Assembly: GCA_016214745.1 (NCBI GenBank)
Contig: JACRNW010000001.1
Location: forward strand, 67,150 to 131,149
Source of the DNA: Candidatus Falkowbacteria bacterium
Lineage (GTDB): Bacteria; Patescibacteriota; Patescibacteriia; XYB2-FULL-38-15
Length of the DNA stretch: 64,000 bases
Direction of reading: 5' to 3'
The position numbers and the translations under genes are program-made. The stretch's first letter is position 1; the number at the start of each line of letters is the position of its first letter. This document shows positions 29,248 through 39,154 of this stretch, piece after piece. Under the pieces are notes generated by a model, which was not told the origin of the DNA, did no database searches, and saw nothing but the letters and a program-made list of their open reading frames with translations.

Positions 29248-29406
29248 AAAGTAAATTTCTTTTTTTGCCACGAACCAAACTAAGAACAAACTTGCGTTTA
29301 TTTCTTGGTTTTCAATTCGTGTTTATTTTTTATTAATGACAAAAGCCCCATTTGGGTCGACCTTTATGCTTTTATCGATTTATAAATTAAGAATTAAAAC
29401 TTAAAA

Positions 29407-30669
29407 TTATTGCGTGGCCGACGGATCCTGTGTTAAATCAATTCCTACTTTTAACGTACTTTCATCAATCACTGGTTCGGGCGGCGGAGGCGGCGGGACA
29501 ACTTTAACTGGCGTATAAACTTTTACCGTGTTTGTATTTGTTTCAGGAGTAACATTAACATCCGGATTTGTATTACCCAAGGATTCCGGCGAATTTGTCA
29601 GATCGGGATTTTCATTGACACTGCATCCTTCGCAAGGGGCCGGCAGAAGATTCGCGGCAACCGTAATGGCATCAGCGGCAATCTGCTCGGCCTGTTTAAC
29701 CAATTCTTTGCTTTCAATTGTTTTAGTCAAGGCAATTTCCAAATCTTTTTGATCCAACGCTTCTTTTGCTTCACCCAAAACAACCTTTGCCTGGTCGGCC
29801 GTTTGCTGGGCGACAAGAGTCGCGGCCGGATCAACCGGTAAAGTTAAATCACTAACTTGTCCCTGAACTTCCGCCACTTTAACTTCAACTATTCCAATTT
29901 TTTCTCCCACTCTCTCTAAAACATCCTCTTCCATCTCTCCCGAGAAAATCATTTCTCCCTGCGTGTGTTTTTCCACAATCATAGCAAGAGCTGCGTCACT
30001 CGTTTCATCCGCTAAATCTAAACTTTGATTTATGTTCTGCGTCGCATCATTAAGTTCTGGCAATTCATTCGTAGCCTGAACTAAATCTTCTTGATATTCA
30101 GTTGCTTTATTATCAACAATTTTGGCCACTTCAACCGTGGTTTCGGCAGATGACTCATTCTTCAAACTTTCTAATTTATTTTGGACTGTGGAAATTTCTT
30201 CTTTAAATTTATCCATGGCTACATTAATCTTTTGAATCTTTTTCTGGTCGGAATCAGTATTTCCTTTTATCTGTTTTATTTCATTAATTCTCTTTCCGGC
30301 CAATTCAACGTGGATTTTAGCCGATTCCTTTTTATCAAACGTCAGTGCCACTTGGACTTTTTCTGAAGCAATTTTCAAACCATAAAGCGCGTCGCCCGGC
30401 AAAGCCAGTTGGGAAGCGCTAACCGATAAACCGCTGCCTAAAACAAGCGCCACAACCGAAACAAGCGCCAAGACCGGCCGCGCCGCCAATTTCATCACTC
30501 TCCACGGAAAAACTATTTTTGATAATTCCAGAGCCCATTTTTCTCCAGCCGTGCTATCCTGCAAACTCCTTTTAACTTCAGACATCAAAAACTCCCGATT
30601 GGATTTTTTCCATTCGGTTCTTGGTCCGGAATTTCTAAGCGCTTTAAGTTGTTTAGTTATATCGGACAT
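29407..30669 (-). CDS. putative anti-sigma factor-like single-pass membrane protein (DUF5667-like) with a coiled coil and a Pro-rich tail
   Basis: Immediately downstream of the ECF sigma gene. TM helix LAARPVLALVSVVALVLGSGL. Long coiled-coil region and a PPPPPPEP tail. Confidence 0.4.
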   Translation of the reverse strand: MSDITKQLKALRNSGPRTEWKKSNREFLMSEVKRSLQDSTAGEKWALELSKIVFPWRVMKLAARPVLALVSVVALVLGSGLSVSASQLALPGDALYGLKIASEKVQVALTFDKKESAKIHVELAGKRINEIKQIKGNTDSDQKKIQKINVAMDKFKEEISTVQNKLESLKNESSAETTVEVAKIVDNKATEYQEDLVQATNELPELNDATQNINQSLDLADETSDAALAMIVEKHTQGEMIFSGEMEEDVLERVGEKIGIVEVKVAEVQGQVSDLTLPVDPAATLVAQQTADQAKVVLGEAKEALDQKDLEIALTKTIESKELVKQAEQIAADAITVAANLLPAPCEGCSVNENPDLTNSPESLGNTNPDVNVTPETNTNTVKVYTPVKVVPPPPPPEPVIDESTLKVGIDLTQDPSATQ

Positions 30670-30672
30670 AAT

Positions 30673-31254
30673 TTAATTTTTTTGCGCTACTTTTTCTTTT
30701 AAGGCGGCGACTGCCCGATGGAGCAGAACTCGGACCGCGCCTTCTGATTTTCCGAGTATCTCTGCCGTTTCTTTAACACTCATTTCTTCAATGAACCTCA
30801 GAACAATTACTTCACGATACTCGTCTCTTATTTTTTGTAAAGATTTTTTAACGTCTTCAAGGTCAGAAGCCAGATTAATTTTTTCCACCAAATCCTGTTT
30901 TGTATCAATGATTTCAACTCGCGGCTTTTCTTCTTCACACGCTTCTTGCGGCAAGGCAATAAATTCTTTCTGATCTTTTGACCGGTAAAAATCTATCACT
31001 GCGTTTCTCGCCGCCTGGTAAAGAAAGGCCCGCAAATTTTCAATGACCTCAGAACCCATTTCATTTATGTATTGCCACGTTTTCAAAAAAACATCTGCGG
31101 TTAAATCTTCCGCTTCTTCCTTTCGGCCAACCTTGAAATAAACAAACCGGTAAATCTGATCAACATAAATATCGTAAAGTTTGCCGTAGACTTCTGGGTC
31201 ACGGGTAGCGCGGAGTTTAAGGAATAAATATTGTTCTTTCAAACTTCTACTCAT
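30673..31254 (-). CDS. RNA polymerase sigma-70 factor, ECF subfamily
   Basis: Region 2 (DLTADVFLKTWQYI...FLYQAARNAVIDFYR) and region 4 (REVIVLRFIEEMSVKETAEILGKSEGAVRVLLHRA). Confidence 0.85.
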   Translation of the reverse strand: MSRSLKEQYLFLKLRATRDPEVYGKLYDIYVDQIYRFVYFKVGRKEEAEDLTADVFLKTWQYINEMGSEVIENLRAFLYQAARNAVIDFYRSKDQKEFIALPQEACEEEKPRVEIIDTKQDLVEKINLASDLEDVKKSLQKIRDEYREVIVLRFIEEMSVKETAEILGKSEGAVRVLLHRAVAALKEKVAQKN

Positions 31255-31601
31255 TGAGACGTTTTTTTAGAATTTTGTTACAGCCCTATTATAGAAAAAA
31301 ACCGCTAAAATTACAAATAATTTGGTTGTTGCTCCTTTCGGATTTCTTGACCTTTCACTGGTCTTTGTGTTAAAGTTATTGTATACAAAATGTTTAGATT
31401 AATATTATCTTATTTATCCACACCCCATATCTTTACAAATAAAATCAATGTTTTATAATAGAAATGTGAATATTAATTTATACATTACCTTAACAATATT
31501 ATAAACTTTTGGCAAGGTATAAATCATTAATTTAAATCATTAAATTTAATAAAATAATTAATAAAAATAAATAATTTTAATTTACACATTATTATCAACT
31601 T

Positions 31602-31877
31602 ATGGCCAACCAAAACCCAATTCGCGTTTCCGTATCCGAAGCCGCCCGCCTCTTTGGCATTAATCCCCTAACTGTCCGTCGGGCGATAAAAGATCAGCAA
31701 CTCCGCTATGTCGTGGTTCGCGGAAGATACAAAATTGACTTCGCGAGTCTCGTTAAATGGTCTCAACAGCGGCCGCTTGTCAAATACAAAACCGAAACCA
31801 AAGGACTGGGACAATACGTAGAAAAATGGCGAATTAAAAATACTCTTTATTCTCCAAATCCCAAATCTTCTGAATAA
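31602..31877 (+). CDS. small helix-turn-helix DNA-binding protein (excisionase/MerR-like HTH_17)
   Basis: VSVSEAARLFGINPLTVRRAIKDQQL HTH. Divergently oriented from the sigma gene across a >80 % AT spacer. Confidence 0.5.
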   Translation: MANQNPIRVSVSEAARLFGINPLTVRRAIKDQQLRYVVVRGRYKIDFASLVKWSQQRPLVKYKTETKGLGQYVEKWRIKNTLYSPNPKSSE

Positions 31878-31946
31878 ACATTTTAATTTAAAAAGACTGC
31901 GGGTGATTGCCCCCAGTCTTTTTATTATCCATGAATGGATTTATTT

Positions 31947-33080
31947 TTAGCGCGAACCAAGATAAATCTTTTTAATTTCAGAAACCACATACTCCCAATT
32001 ATAATTCGCGGCAACAAATTTCTTGGCCTCATTTCCTTTTTCTCCCAAATCCCTTCTCGCCAAAACTTCCTTAAGTCGCAAAGTTAAATCAGAAACATTT
32101 TTATTTTGGAAACTAAAACCATAATCTTTTATCAACTCCATATTTTCCGGAATATCAGAAGCCAAAACAACTTTTCCGTAACTCATGGCTTCAAGTACGG
32201 CAATCGGCAATCCTTCTGACTCTGAAGGATGCACAACTGCGAGAGAATTTAAAAACAAATCCTCAAGCGGCCGGCCGGATTGAAAACCGACAAAAATAAT
32301 ATCTAAATCTTCTTTAGCCAAATTTTTAAGTTCTCTGACATAATCGTCGGTAAAAGCCGAATCACCGGCAAGAACCAATTTCAAGCCGCGGAAACTCGCG
32401 TCTTTTTCTTTAAGGTCCTGAAATGCCCGGATCAAATAATGAGCGCCTTTATGGCGAACAAGACGTGATACCATGAGCAAGTATTTATCTTTTTCCAGAT
32501 TATATTTTGCTAAAATCTCTGAAGACGGACTTAAATTCTTTTCCATTACCGTAACTCCGTTTGGAACATAAGAAGTATCTTTATCATAAGCTTCAGAACA
32601 ATATTGCTGAAGGGTTTTGGAAACAGTAATTGTTTCATGGGCAAAACGGCAAGCGGCCCATTCCCCCGCCCGAAGAGTGAGTTTTGCAAAAAGACCCCAC
32701 TTTTGATGTTTGCGATCAATACAATGAAAAGTGGTTACAATTTTAGTTTTGCGGCAAAAAATTCTGGGCAACCAAGAAAGCAGCGACGGTCCAACGCCAT
32801 GGTAATGAATAATATCGTATTTTCCAAACATGGCGTAAATCGTTGCCAAAAAAGTATGCGAAATCGCATCAAAATGTTTAGTTTTTAATGACGGCAAATA
32901 AACTAAATTAATACCTTTATAGCTTTTAGGAAATTCCGATTTGCTTCCATACCACGGCCGGCAAAAAACCGTAACGTCAAAACCGCCCTCGGAAAGGCGA
33001 GTGCTTAATTCCTCTACGTGGCGTTCAATGCCGCCGTAGACGGCCGGTATTCCCTTTTGTCCAACCATGGCGATTTTCAT
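31947..33080 (-). CDS. glycosyltransferase family 4
   Basis: Start moved to MKIAMVGQKGIPAVYGGIERHVEEL. The C-terminal EGLPIAVLEAMSYGKVVLASD motif is present. Confidence 0.8.
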   Translation of the reverse strand: MKIAMVGQKGIPAVYGGIERHVEELSTRLSEGGFDVTVFCRPWYGSKSEFPKSYKGINLVYLPSLKTKHFDAISHTFLATIYAMFGKYDIIHYHGVGPSLLSWLPRIFCRKTKIVTTFHCIDRKHQKWGLFAKLTLRAGEWAACRFAHETITVSKTLQQYCSEAYDKDTSYVPNGVTVMEKNLSPSSEILAKYNLEKDKYLLMVSRLVRHKGAHYLIRAFQDLKEKDASFRGLKLVLAGDSAFTDDYVRELKNLAKEDLDIIFVGFQSGRPLEDLFLNSLAVVHPSESEGLPIAVLEAMSYGKVVLASDIPENMELIKDYGFSFQNKNVSDLTLRLKEVLARRDLGEKGNEAKKFVAANYNWEYVVSEIKKIYLGSR

Positions 33081-33118
33081 AATAAAATAGCTTATTTGCG
33101 TCAGTTTTATGACCCTAC

Positions 33119-33147
33119 AGCTTAGCAAATTTTAAACGTTTTGTCAA
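33119..33147 (-). promoter_or_regulatory. sigma-70-type promoter (TTGACA-17-TAAGCT) for the GT4 gene. The -35 sits inside the small palindrome TTGTCctcTTGACAA
   Basis: Read on the minus strand: cctcTTGACAaaacgtttaaaatttgcTAAGCT. Confidence 0.4.
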
Positions 33148-33221
33148 GAGGACAATTACAAAAACCGACCTTTCGGCCGGCTTTTACCAATTACCAATTA
33201 CTATTTACTAATTACTAATTT

Positions 33222-34541
33222 CTATTTAACCACTTTACTTTTACCTCCCGCTAAACTGTCGTAGATTAAATTAGTCGTGAGATCGGGCGCGTCTTTTTCC
33301 AAAAATTCACCCGTAAATTTATCTTCCCCGTAAACTTTAATTTTACCAAGAAGGGTCGGCTCCTTACCCAACTGCTCGGCGGTCGGCGTCAAGGCCAATT
33401 CAAACGCGACTCCTCGTTTTGGCCAATCTTCGCCGGTGTAATGACCAACGTCCCCCACTTTCCAGGTTATTGTGCGTCTCGTTGAATTATAACTTAACTC
33501 GCCAAGCGTTACGCTCATCTTTTCCGTCCAAAAAACATTTGGCGGCAAAACCGCGGAGACCGAAACATCTGCAAGATCATTTAGATTATTATCAACACTC
33601 AAAAAAATCCAATATCTGGTCGTTTCGCCGACTTTCGGCGGCAAAGGACCAAGGCCCAGCTGATCCCCTTCCTCCGTATAATATCTTGCCAGACTTTCCA
33701 AAAATAAATCTGAATTAAATTTATCTTCCCGCGCTGCGCTTTTGAATTTATAAGCCTGGCCAAAATCACTTTCCAATTTATAAGAAATTTCAATTGAACT
33801 TGAAAGAAGGCTGCCAAATTTCAATGCCAAGGACGGTTCCGCGGCCATATCAGTGCTAATTTTAAACTTTAATTCTCCAGTCGCGCCCGGCGATAATTTT
33901 TTGAAATCAGAAACTTGATCTTTTGTCCAAACAACCGCTCCGCTCCGCAATACGCCTTGCCCCAAAGAAAGTTTATTAAAATCAAGTAACGCTCCCTCTA
34001 AATTAACTTTTACGGCAACATCATAAAGATCCTTATCCCTGCCATTACTATATATGATGGCATACTCCAAATCTTCGCCGGGATTTACAACGATTGATTC
34101 CTGCCCGTTAATTTTCATCTGCGTTTTCAAAAATGATTCGGCGACTGGCCCGGACACAACTCCCTCCCCCGGCAGTTCAGGAAAATTAAACCAAGACAAA
34201 TAATTCCCGGTCATTATGCGGCTCGCAAACAAATATAAATTAAAACCGAAAAGAATTCCGAGCATCCCCAACAAAATCAAATCAATTATAAAATGCTTTC
34301 TTCTCTCTCCATATCGCCGTTCGTGGCTTTCTTTTAAACTTTGGTAAGGCGCCGCGAAAAAATTTATTGTGCCAATCAAAATGCCACCTCTTTTTGTTTG
34401 CGGCAGGGCCGCCTCCTTTGCTTCAACTTTAACCACCTCGCCGCGCGGCGAGCAGACTACTTCTTTTTTATCGGACGACTCCACACAAACCACTTCTTGC
34501 GGCTCCGTTAATTTTTCTTTTTTATTCTTCTTTATTTTCAT
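33222..34541 (-). CDS. hypothetical membrane-anchored extracytoplasmic protein
   Basis: Start moved to MKIKKNKKEK. One TM helix (FIIDLILLGMLGILFGFNLYLFA). No motif recognised. Confidence 0.45.
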   Translation of the reverse strand: MKIKKNKKEKLTEPQEVVCVESSDKKEVVCSPRGEVVKVEAKEAALPQTKRGGILIGTINFFAAPYQSLKESHERRYGERRKHFIIDLILLGMLGILFGFNLYLFASRIMTGNYLSWFNFPELPGEGVVSGPVAESFLKTQMKINGQESIVVNPGEDLEYAIIYSNGRDKDLYDVAVKVNLEGALLDFNKLSLGQGVLRSGAVVWTKDQVSDFKKLSPGATGELKFKISTDMAAEPSLALKFGSLLSSSIEISYKLESDFGQAYKFKSAAREDKFNSDLFLESLARYYTEEGDQLGLGPLPPKVGETTRYWIFLSVDNNLNDLADVSVSAVLPPNVFWTEKMSVTLGELSYNSTRRTITWKVGDVGHYTGEDWPKRGVAFELALTPTAEQLGKEPTLLGKIKVYGEDKFTGEFLEKDAPDLTTNLIYDSLAGGKSKVVK

Positions 34542-34569
34542 ATTTAGATCAAATATTTTAAAAATTATT

Positions 34570-36726
34570 TTACTGGCTGGAAAAAGAAAAAACATCGGTG
34601 GTTGAAGTAATTATTTCCGCCTTGCCATCATTATCCAAATCTTCCGCCGCGACCATTACGCCGCCGCGGCTTTGGGAACTAAAGGCAAAAAATTCGGCTT
34701 TAAGCGAAAAATCTTTCGCGTCAAAAACTTTTACGTCAGGACTGCCGCCGATTCCCGGACCGGTAATAATCTCTGCCCGGCCATTGCCGTCAAGATCAGC
34801 CATTGCCACATTTACTCCGCCGCGAAAAGACGGATCATAGGCAAAAAATCCCGGATGCATTAATTTTCCGCCGCCGGAAAAAACCCTGACATGAGGACCG
34901 CCGCCAAAGCCGGCGCCGGTAATAATTTCCGGCCAGCCGTTGCCGTCGGTATCTCCCACGGCAACAGAAACCCCGCCGCGGAAATTTTTGCCGTAAGCAA
35001 AAAATCCCGGATGGATTAACCGTCCCTGCCAATTAAAAATTCTAACGTGCGGTCCGCCGCCGCGGAGCGTTCCGGTAACGATTTCTAACTTTCCATCGTG
35101 ATTCAAATCACCGACCGCAAAATTTATTCCTTTATTATAATTTTCATCATAAGGATAAAAAGACGAAATCTTTTCTCCTCGGCTATTAAATATTTCCACC
35201 TTTGCGTCGCTTGCCACCACGGTTTCACGAGATCCGTCTTGATTTAAATCAACTGAAGCAACCTGGCTCGCCGGTTTATATTTACTTTCATAAGTAAAGA
35301 AACCCGTTCTTTTAAGTTTTCCGCTGCCGTCAAACACGCGGGCAAAAGAGCCATTTTGAAAATTTGAAACCGTCTTGGCTTCAGTCCGCCGCAGAAGAAT
35401 AATTCCGTCGTTCGGCCCGAGATTCACGCTCGTGACAACTGACCCGTCATTTACCGCCTTATCCTGAATTCCGTGAATTTTTTCAAACTCTTCGTCTAAA
35501 TCAATCGTCTTCGCCGCGCTTCCGGAATTTAGAAGAACTATTCCATTTTGAAAATCTCGACGCCACACTCCGGTTGTAACTTTAGTGCTGCCGGTCAAAA
35601 AATTGTAAGCTGAGTTCAGCGGTTTCCCCAAAAAAACATCATACTCGTCGTACCACCAAAGCTGATTATGGGCCTGGTCGCCGTAATCAAAACTAAAATA
35701 ACCATCGCCCAAAAGAGCGCTCGCGAGACAAAAACGCATTTTTTTATAATCATCCTGCCGGCCTGTATTTTCCGTATTACAATTTAAAATGGTCGTCTTC
35801 GGCGCCTGGCCATTGTTTAAAATGAAAAAATAATTATTCAAAACGTCAACCCATCCGTATCTGTGAAAATGTTCTATGGATATGCCGTTTAAGTTCGCGA
35901 AATAAATCTTACTGCTCGCGCCGCCGGCCTGATTCCCGACAATTATTTTTCCGGGCGCGAGCTCTCTTGTCCGCCGGAAAATTTTATCCATTCCTTCACG
36001 CCATTTTTGATCCGACACGGCCGGCGACTCGGCCTGGCCATCGCGATTTAAATCAATCTCGTTGCCCGAAGGCATCCAAGAAACGCCGTCCCACGCGTTA
36101 TCGTAAAAAACTCCGTCCCAATACGGCTGACTTAAAATTTCTCGCGCTACAAATTCCGGCAAATAATCATTCCACTTTTTCCCGCTTCCGTCGGTCGGAG
36201 AATCTTCCGTGACGTTTAGGAGCCACGTTCCCGGCCACCAAACAAGACGACCGCCGCCAGAAGAATTAAGCCACCAAGAATCGGACATTCCGTTATATAG
36301 TTTTCTCCGCAAACTATTTGATTTCAATTTATAAACGTTGGAGGTAAATTCTTGCGAAGTAATATATGCTAAAATTTTTATCTGCGGATTGTATTCTCTA
36401 ATTTTTTTCAAATTATCCGGCGTGTTGATCTGCGCTTCCATATCAATAACCAAAACATCCCATTTAGCCAATTCTTGCGCTTCGCCGGCAGTAATATCCC
36501 ACTTGAAAAAAAGATTGGCTATCCGGGGATAATTTTCCCCTTCGCTCACCGCCTGAATGGAAAAATCCGGATTTTTTTGATTATAAAAAATAGCCGAGAG
36601 AGCAATCGTCCCGACTACCAAACTCAACGTTAAATATTTTAAATATTTATTTCTAAGCCAAAACAAACCTACTCCCACGCCCGGCGCATCATGATCAATT
36701 TTAATTTTTTGTTTTTGACCCGGCAT
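34570..36726 (-). CDS. putative glycoside-hydrolase-like TIM-barrel protein (GHL family) with C-terminal FG-GAP repeats
   Basis: N-terminal TM. Central W/Y-rich domain resembling hypothetical GH-like families. Four or more GDxDGNGxxEIITGAGFGGGPHVRVF repeats. Confidence 0.45.
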   Translation of the reverse strand: MPGQKQKIKIDHDAPGVGVGLFWLRNKYLKYLTLSLVVGTIALSAIFYNQKNPDFSIQAVSEGENYPRIANLFFKWDITAGEAQELAKWDVLVIDMEAQINTPDNLKKIREYNPQIKILAYITSQEFTSNVYKLKSNSLRRKLYNGMSDSWWLNSSGGGRLVWWPGTWLLNVTEDSPTDGSGKKWNDYLPEFVAREILSQPYWDGVFYDNAWDGVSWMPSGNEIDLNRDGQAESPAVSDQKWREGMDKIFRRTRELAPGKIIVGNQAGGASSKIYFANLNGISIEHFHRYGWVDVLNNYFFILNNGQAPKTTILNCNTENTGRQDDYKKMRFCLASALLGDGYFSFDYGDQAHNQLWWYDEYDVFLGKPLNSAYNFLTGSTKVTTGVWRRDFQNGIVLLNSGSAAKTIDLDEEFEKIHGIQDKAVNDGSVVTSVNLGPNDGIILLRRTEAKTVSNFQNGSFARVFDGSGKLKRTGFFTYESKYKPASQVASVDLNQDGSRETVVASDAKVEIFNSRGEKISSFYPYDENYNKGINFAVGDLNHDGKLEIVTGTLRGGGPHVRIFNWQGRLIHPGFFAYGKNFRGGVSVAVGDTDGNGWPEIITGAGFGGGPHVRVFSGGGKLMHPGFFAYDPSFRGGVNVAMADLDGNGRAEIITGPGIGGSPDVKVFDAKDFSLKAEFFAFSSQSRGGVMVAAEDLDNDGKAEIITSTTDVFSFSSQ

Positions 36727-36768
36727 GCGAACTTACAACTTACGACCAAGAACCACAACTTGCTGTTG

Positions 36769-37986
36769 TTAATCGTTTGTCGTAAGTGTCTCGTAAACTT
36801 TCATTATTTTTTTATAATGATCTTCTGGAGAATTATTTTCCAAAATCATTTCTCTTGCCCGCCGGCCCATTTTTTCGCATAAATCGTTATCGCCGAATAA
36901 CCGTTGTATTTTTTCTCGAAAATCATTCACATCATTTGGCGCGGCCAAAAATCCGTTTTCCCCGTCATAAATAATTTCCGGAATTCCGCCCAGACTGCTC
37001 GCCACTGCCGCCTTGCCCAGAGCGCCGGCCTCAAGCAAAGACATGGGATAGTTTTCATACCAAATTGACGGTAAGACCACAAATTTTGAATCTCTAATCA
37101 AATCATGTAATTCTTTACCACTTTTATGTTCAACAAATTCTACATTAACTTTTAACTTTTCACTTTTAACTTTTAACTTTTCACTTTCCTGTCCGTCGCC
37201 GACAATTTTTAATTTTATGTCCGTATCAGCCAAAGCCCGAAAAAGAATATCTATTCCTTTTTCTTTTGCCAATCTGCCAAAATAAATAACGTAATCGCCT
37301 GGTTCATATTTTGGCAAAAATCGGCTCGCGTCAAGAAAAAGCGGGGTATTTTCCACTTTTGATTTAACTTGCCACGCCGCCAATTTTCCCGCCAAAAATT
37401 TTGATGGCGTAACAAAACACTTTACGCCTTTTTCATAAAATTGGCAAGCCCGGTGAAAAAACATCTCTTTGGCCTCGGCTAAACTTTGGAAACGCGAGTC
37501 GTGAACGCAGCGATGAAACACGGCGTTCCAATATCTATATTTTTTACATCTTTCGCAAACCGCCCCTTCGGTAAATAATTTAAAATTCGGACAAATTAAC
37601 TGATAATCGTGCAAAGTTTGCACCACCGGAATTTTATATTTTTTAAACACGCTAAAAATTGACGGAGAAATATGGTGGGAAATGTTATGCAAATGAGCGA
37701 TGTCCGGTTTTGTCGCAATAATTAATTTTTCTAATTTTTTCTTCGCCTCAAAAGAATAAAGCGAATGGCCAAATTTCTTTAAATCCCGGACTAATCCTTC
37801 CCTCTTCCCAAAATTTATTTCTTCAATAAAAAATTCATCATTCGGCGAAGCGAGATTCGCTCCGGCCTTGGTGCTGAAATGAATAACTTCGTGGCCATTT
37901 TTTTTAAGCAAATCTGCGAGTTCAAAAAAATAAGTCTCGCTGCCTCCGCGCCGATAAAAAAACTTGTTGACCTGAAGAATGCGCAT
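36769..37986 (-). CDS. glycosyltransferase family 4
   Basis: MRILQVNKFFYRRGGSETYFFELADLLKKNGHEV GT4 N-terminus. C-terminal EAGALGKAAVAS motif. Confidence 0.8.
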   Translation of the reverse strand: MRILQVNKFFYRRGGSETYFFELADLLKKNGHEVIHFSTKAGANLASPNDEFFIEEINFGKREGLVRDLKKFGHSLYSFEAKKKLEKLIIATKPDIAHLHNISHHISPSIFSVFKKYKIPVVQTLHDYQLICPNFKLFTEGAVCERCKKYRYWNAVFHRCVHDSRFQSLAEAKEMFFHRACQFYEKGVKCFVTPSKFLAGKLAAWQVKSKVENTPLFLDASRFLPKYEPGDYVIYFGRLAKEKGIDILFRALADTDIKLKIVGDGQESEKLKVKSEKLKVNVEFVEHKSGKELHDLIRDSKFVVLPSIWYENYPMSLLEAGALGKAAVASSLGGIPEIIYDGENGFLAAPNDVNDFREKIQRLFGDNDLCEKMGRRAREMILENNSPEDHYKKIMKVYETLTTND

Positions 37987-38060
37987 ATACTCAAAACAAT
38001 AAATTACTTAATTACCACGAGTTACCGAGTTACCGTCTTTGTAATTAAGTAATTGGGTAA

Positions 38061-39152
38061 CTAAGTAATTTTTTTATTCACTAATTCTTTATAAAGATTC
38101 TCGTATGACCCAACCATTTTTTCCACGCCAAATTTTTCTTCTGCCATTGCTCTTGCCCTCGCCCCCATTTCTTTCGCTTCGGCGGATCCCAAAAGAATAT
38201 GCTCCAAGCCGTCAGCCAAACTTTTAACATTTTTTGGTTCAACTAAAATCCCCGTTCTATCTTCCTCAATTATTTCCGGAATGCCGCCAACCCGAGAAGC
38301 AACAATCGGTTTGCCCGCCGCGGCGGCTTCCAAAACGGCAATGCCCAACCCTTCCCAGAGCGAAGGCAAAACAAAAATATCTATTTGATTTAAAATCTCG
38401 GCGATATTGCGCCTCGCCCCCAAAAAAATTATTCTTTCGCGCAAATTTAAATCTTTAGCCAATCGTTCAAGTTCACTTTTTTTTGAACCGTCACCCACCA
38501 CCCAAAGAATCCAGGGAATAGTTTTAATTAAATTCAATGCCTCAAAAAGATATTTATAACCTTTTTGTTCTTCAAGCCGGCCGACCACTCCAATAATCGG
38601 CGGATCGCCAAAATCTTTTTCCGATGAAGAAATAAATTTCTCCAAATCAATTCCATTTTGAACTACAACTATCTTTTTTGCCCTAATTTTATCATAGACC
38701 ACCGAATAATTTTTAACTGCTTCAGAAACGGCGACAATTTTTTTAGTAAAATGGCTCAAAAACTTTTTTAATTTTCTTTTGGCCCAACCTTCATCCAAAT
38801 TTGTATTGTGCTCCGTTGAAATAATTATTGGCACTCGAGCCAAAACGGCGGCAATCCGTCCCCAAGTATCTCCGCCAAAAAGATGGGTATGAACAATATC
38901 CGGTTTTTCCCGGCGTAAAAATCTCCAAAGTTTAAAAATTAATCCGAGACCGATTTTCCCTCTTTTTTCAAAAATGCGCACCTCTATCCCCGCTTCTTTA
39001 AAATCTTGGACTAATGGCCCGCCCCGAACTGCCGTGGCAACTTTAACTTCAAAATTATCAGCTGAAAGTCGGCGTGCTAAATCAAAAAGCATTGTTTCCG
39101 CGCCGCCAAAAGGTAAACCGGTTATAATATGTATAATTTTTATTTTTCTCAT
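38061..39152 (-). CDS. glycosyltransferase family 4
   Basis: Start moved to MRKIKIIHIITGLPFGGAETMLFDLARRL. C-terminal EGLGIAVLEAAAAGKPIVASRVGGIPEII motif. Confidence 0.8.
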   Translation of the reverse strand: MRKIKIIHIITGLPFGGAETMLFDLARRLSADNFEVKVATAVRGGPLVQDFKEAGIEVRIFEKRGKIGLGLIFKLWRFLRREKPDIVHTHLFGGDTWGRIAAVLARVPIIISTEHNTNLDEGWAKRKLKKFLSHFTKKIVAVSEAVKNYSVVYDKIRAKKIVVVQNGIDLEKFISSSEKDFGDPPIIGVVGRLEEQKGYKYLFEALNLIKTIPWILWVVGDGSKKSELERLAKDLNLRERIIFLGARRNIAEILNQIDIFVLPSLWEGLGIAVLEAAAAGKPIVASRVGGIPEIIEEDRTGILVEPKNVKSLADGLEHILLGSAEAKEMGARARAMAEEKFGVEKMVGSYENLYKELVNKKIT

Positions 39153-39154
39153 AA

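Noticed and set aside
31255-31601. Replication origin in the very AT-rich spacer with a perfect DnaA box
   Set aside because: There is only a single 9-mer, no cluster of boxes, and no dnaA or dnaN nearby. The region is better explained as a divergent promoter region.
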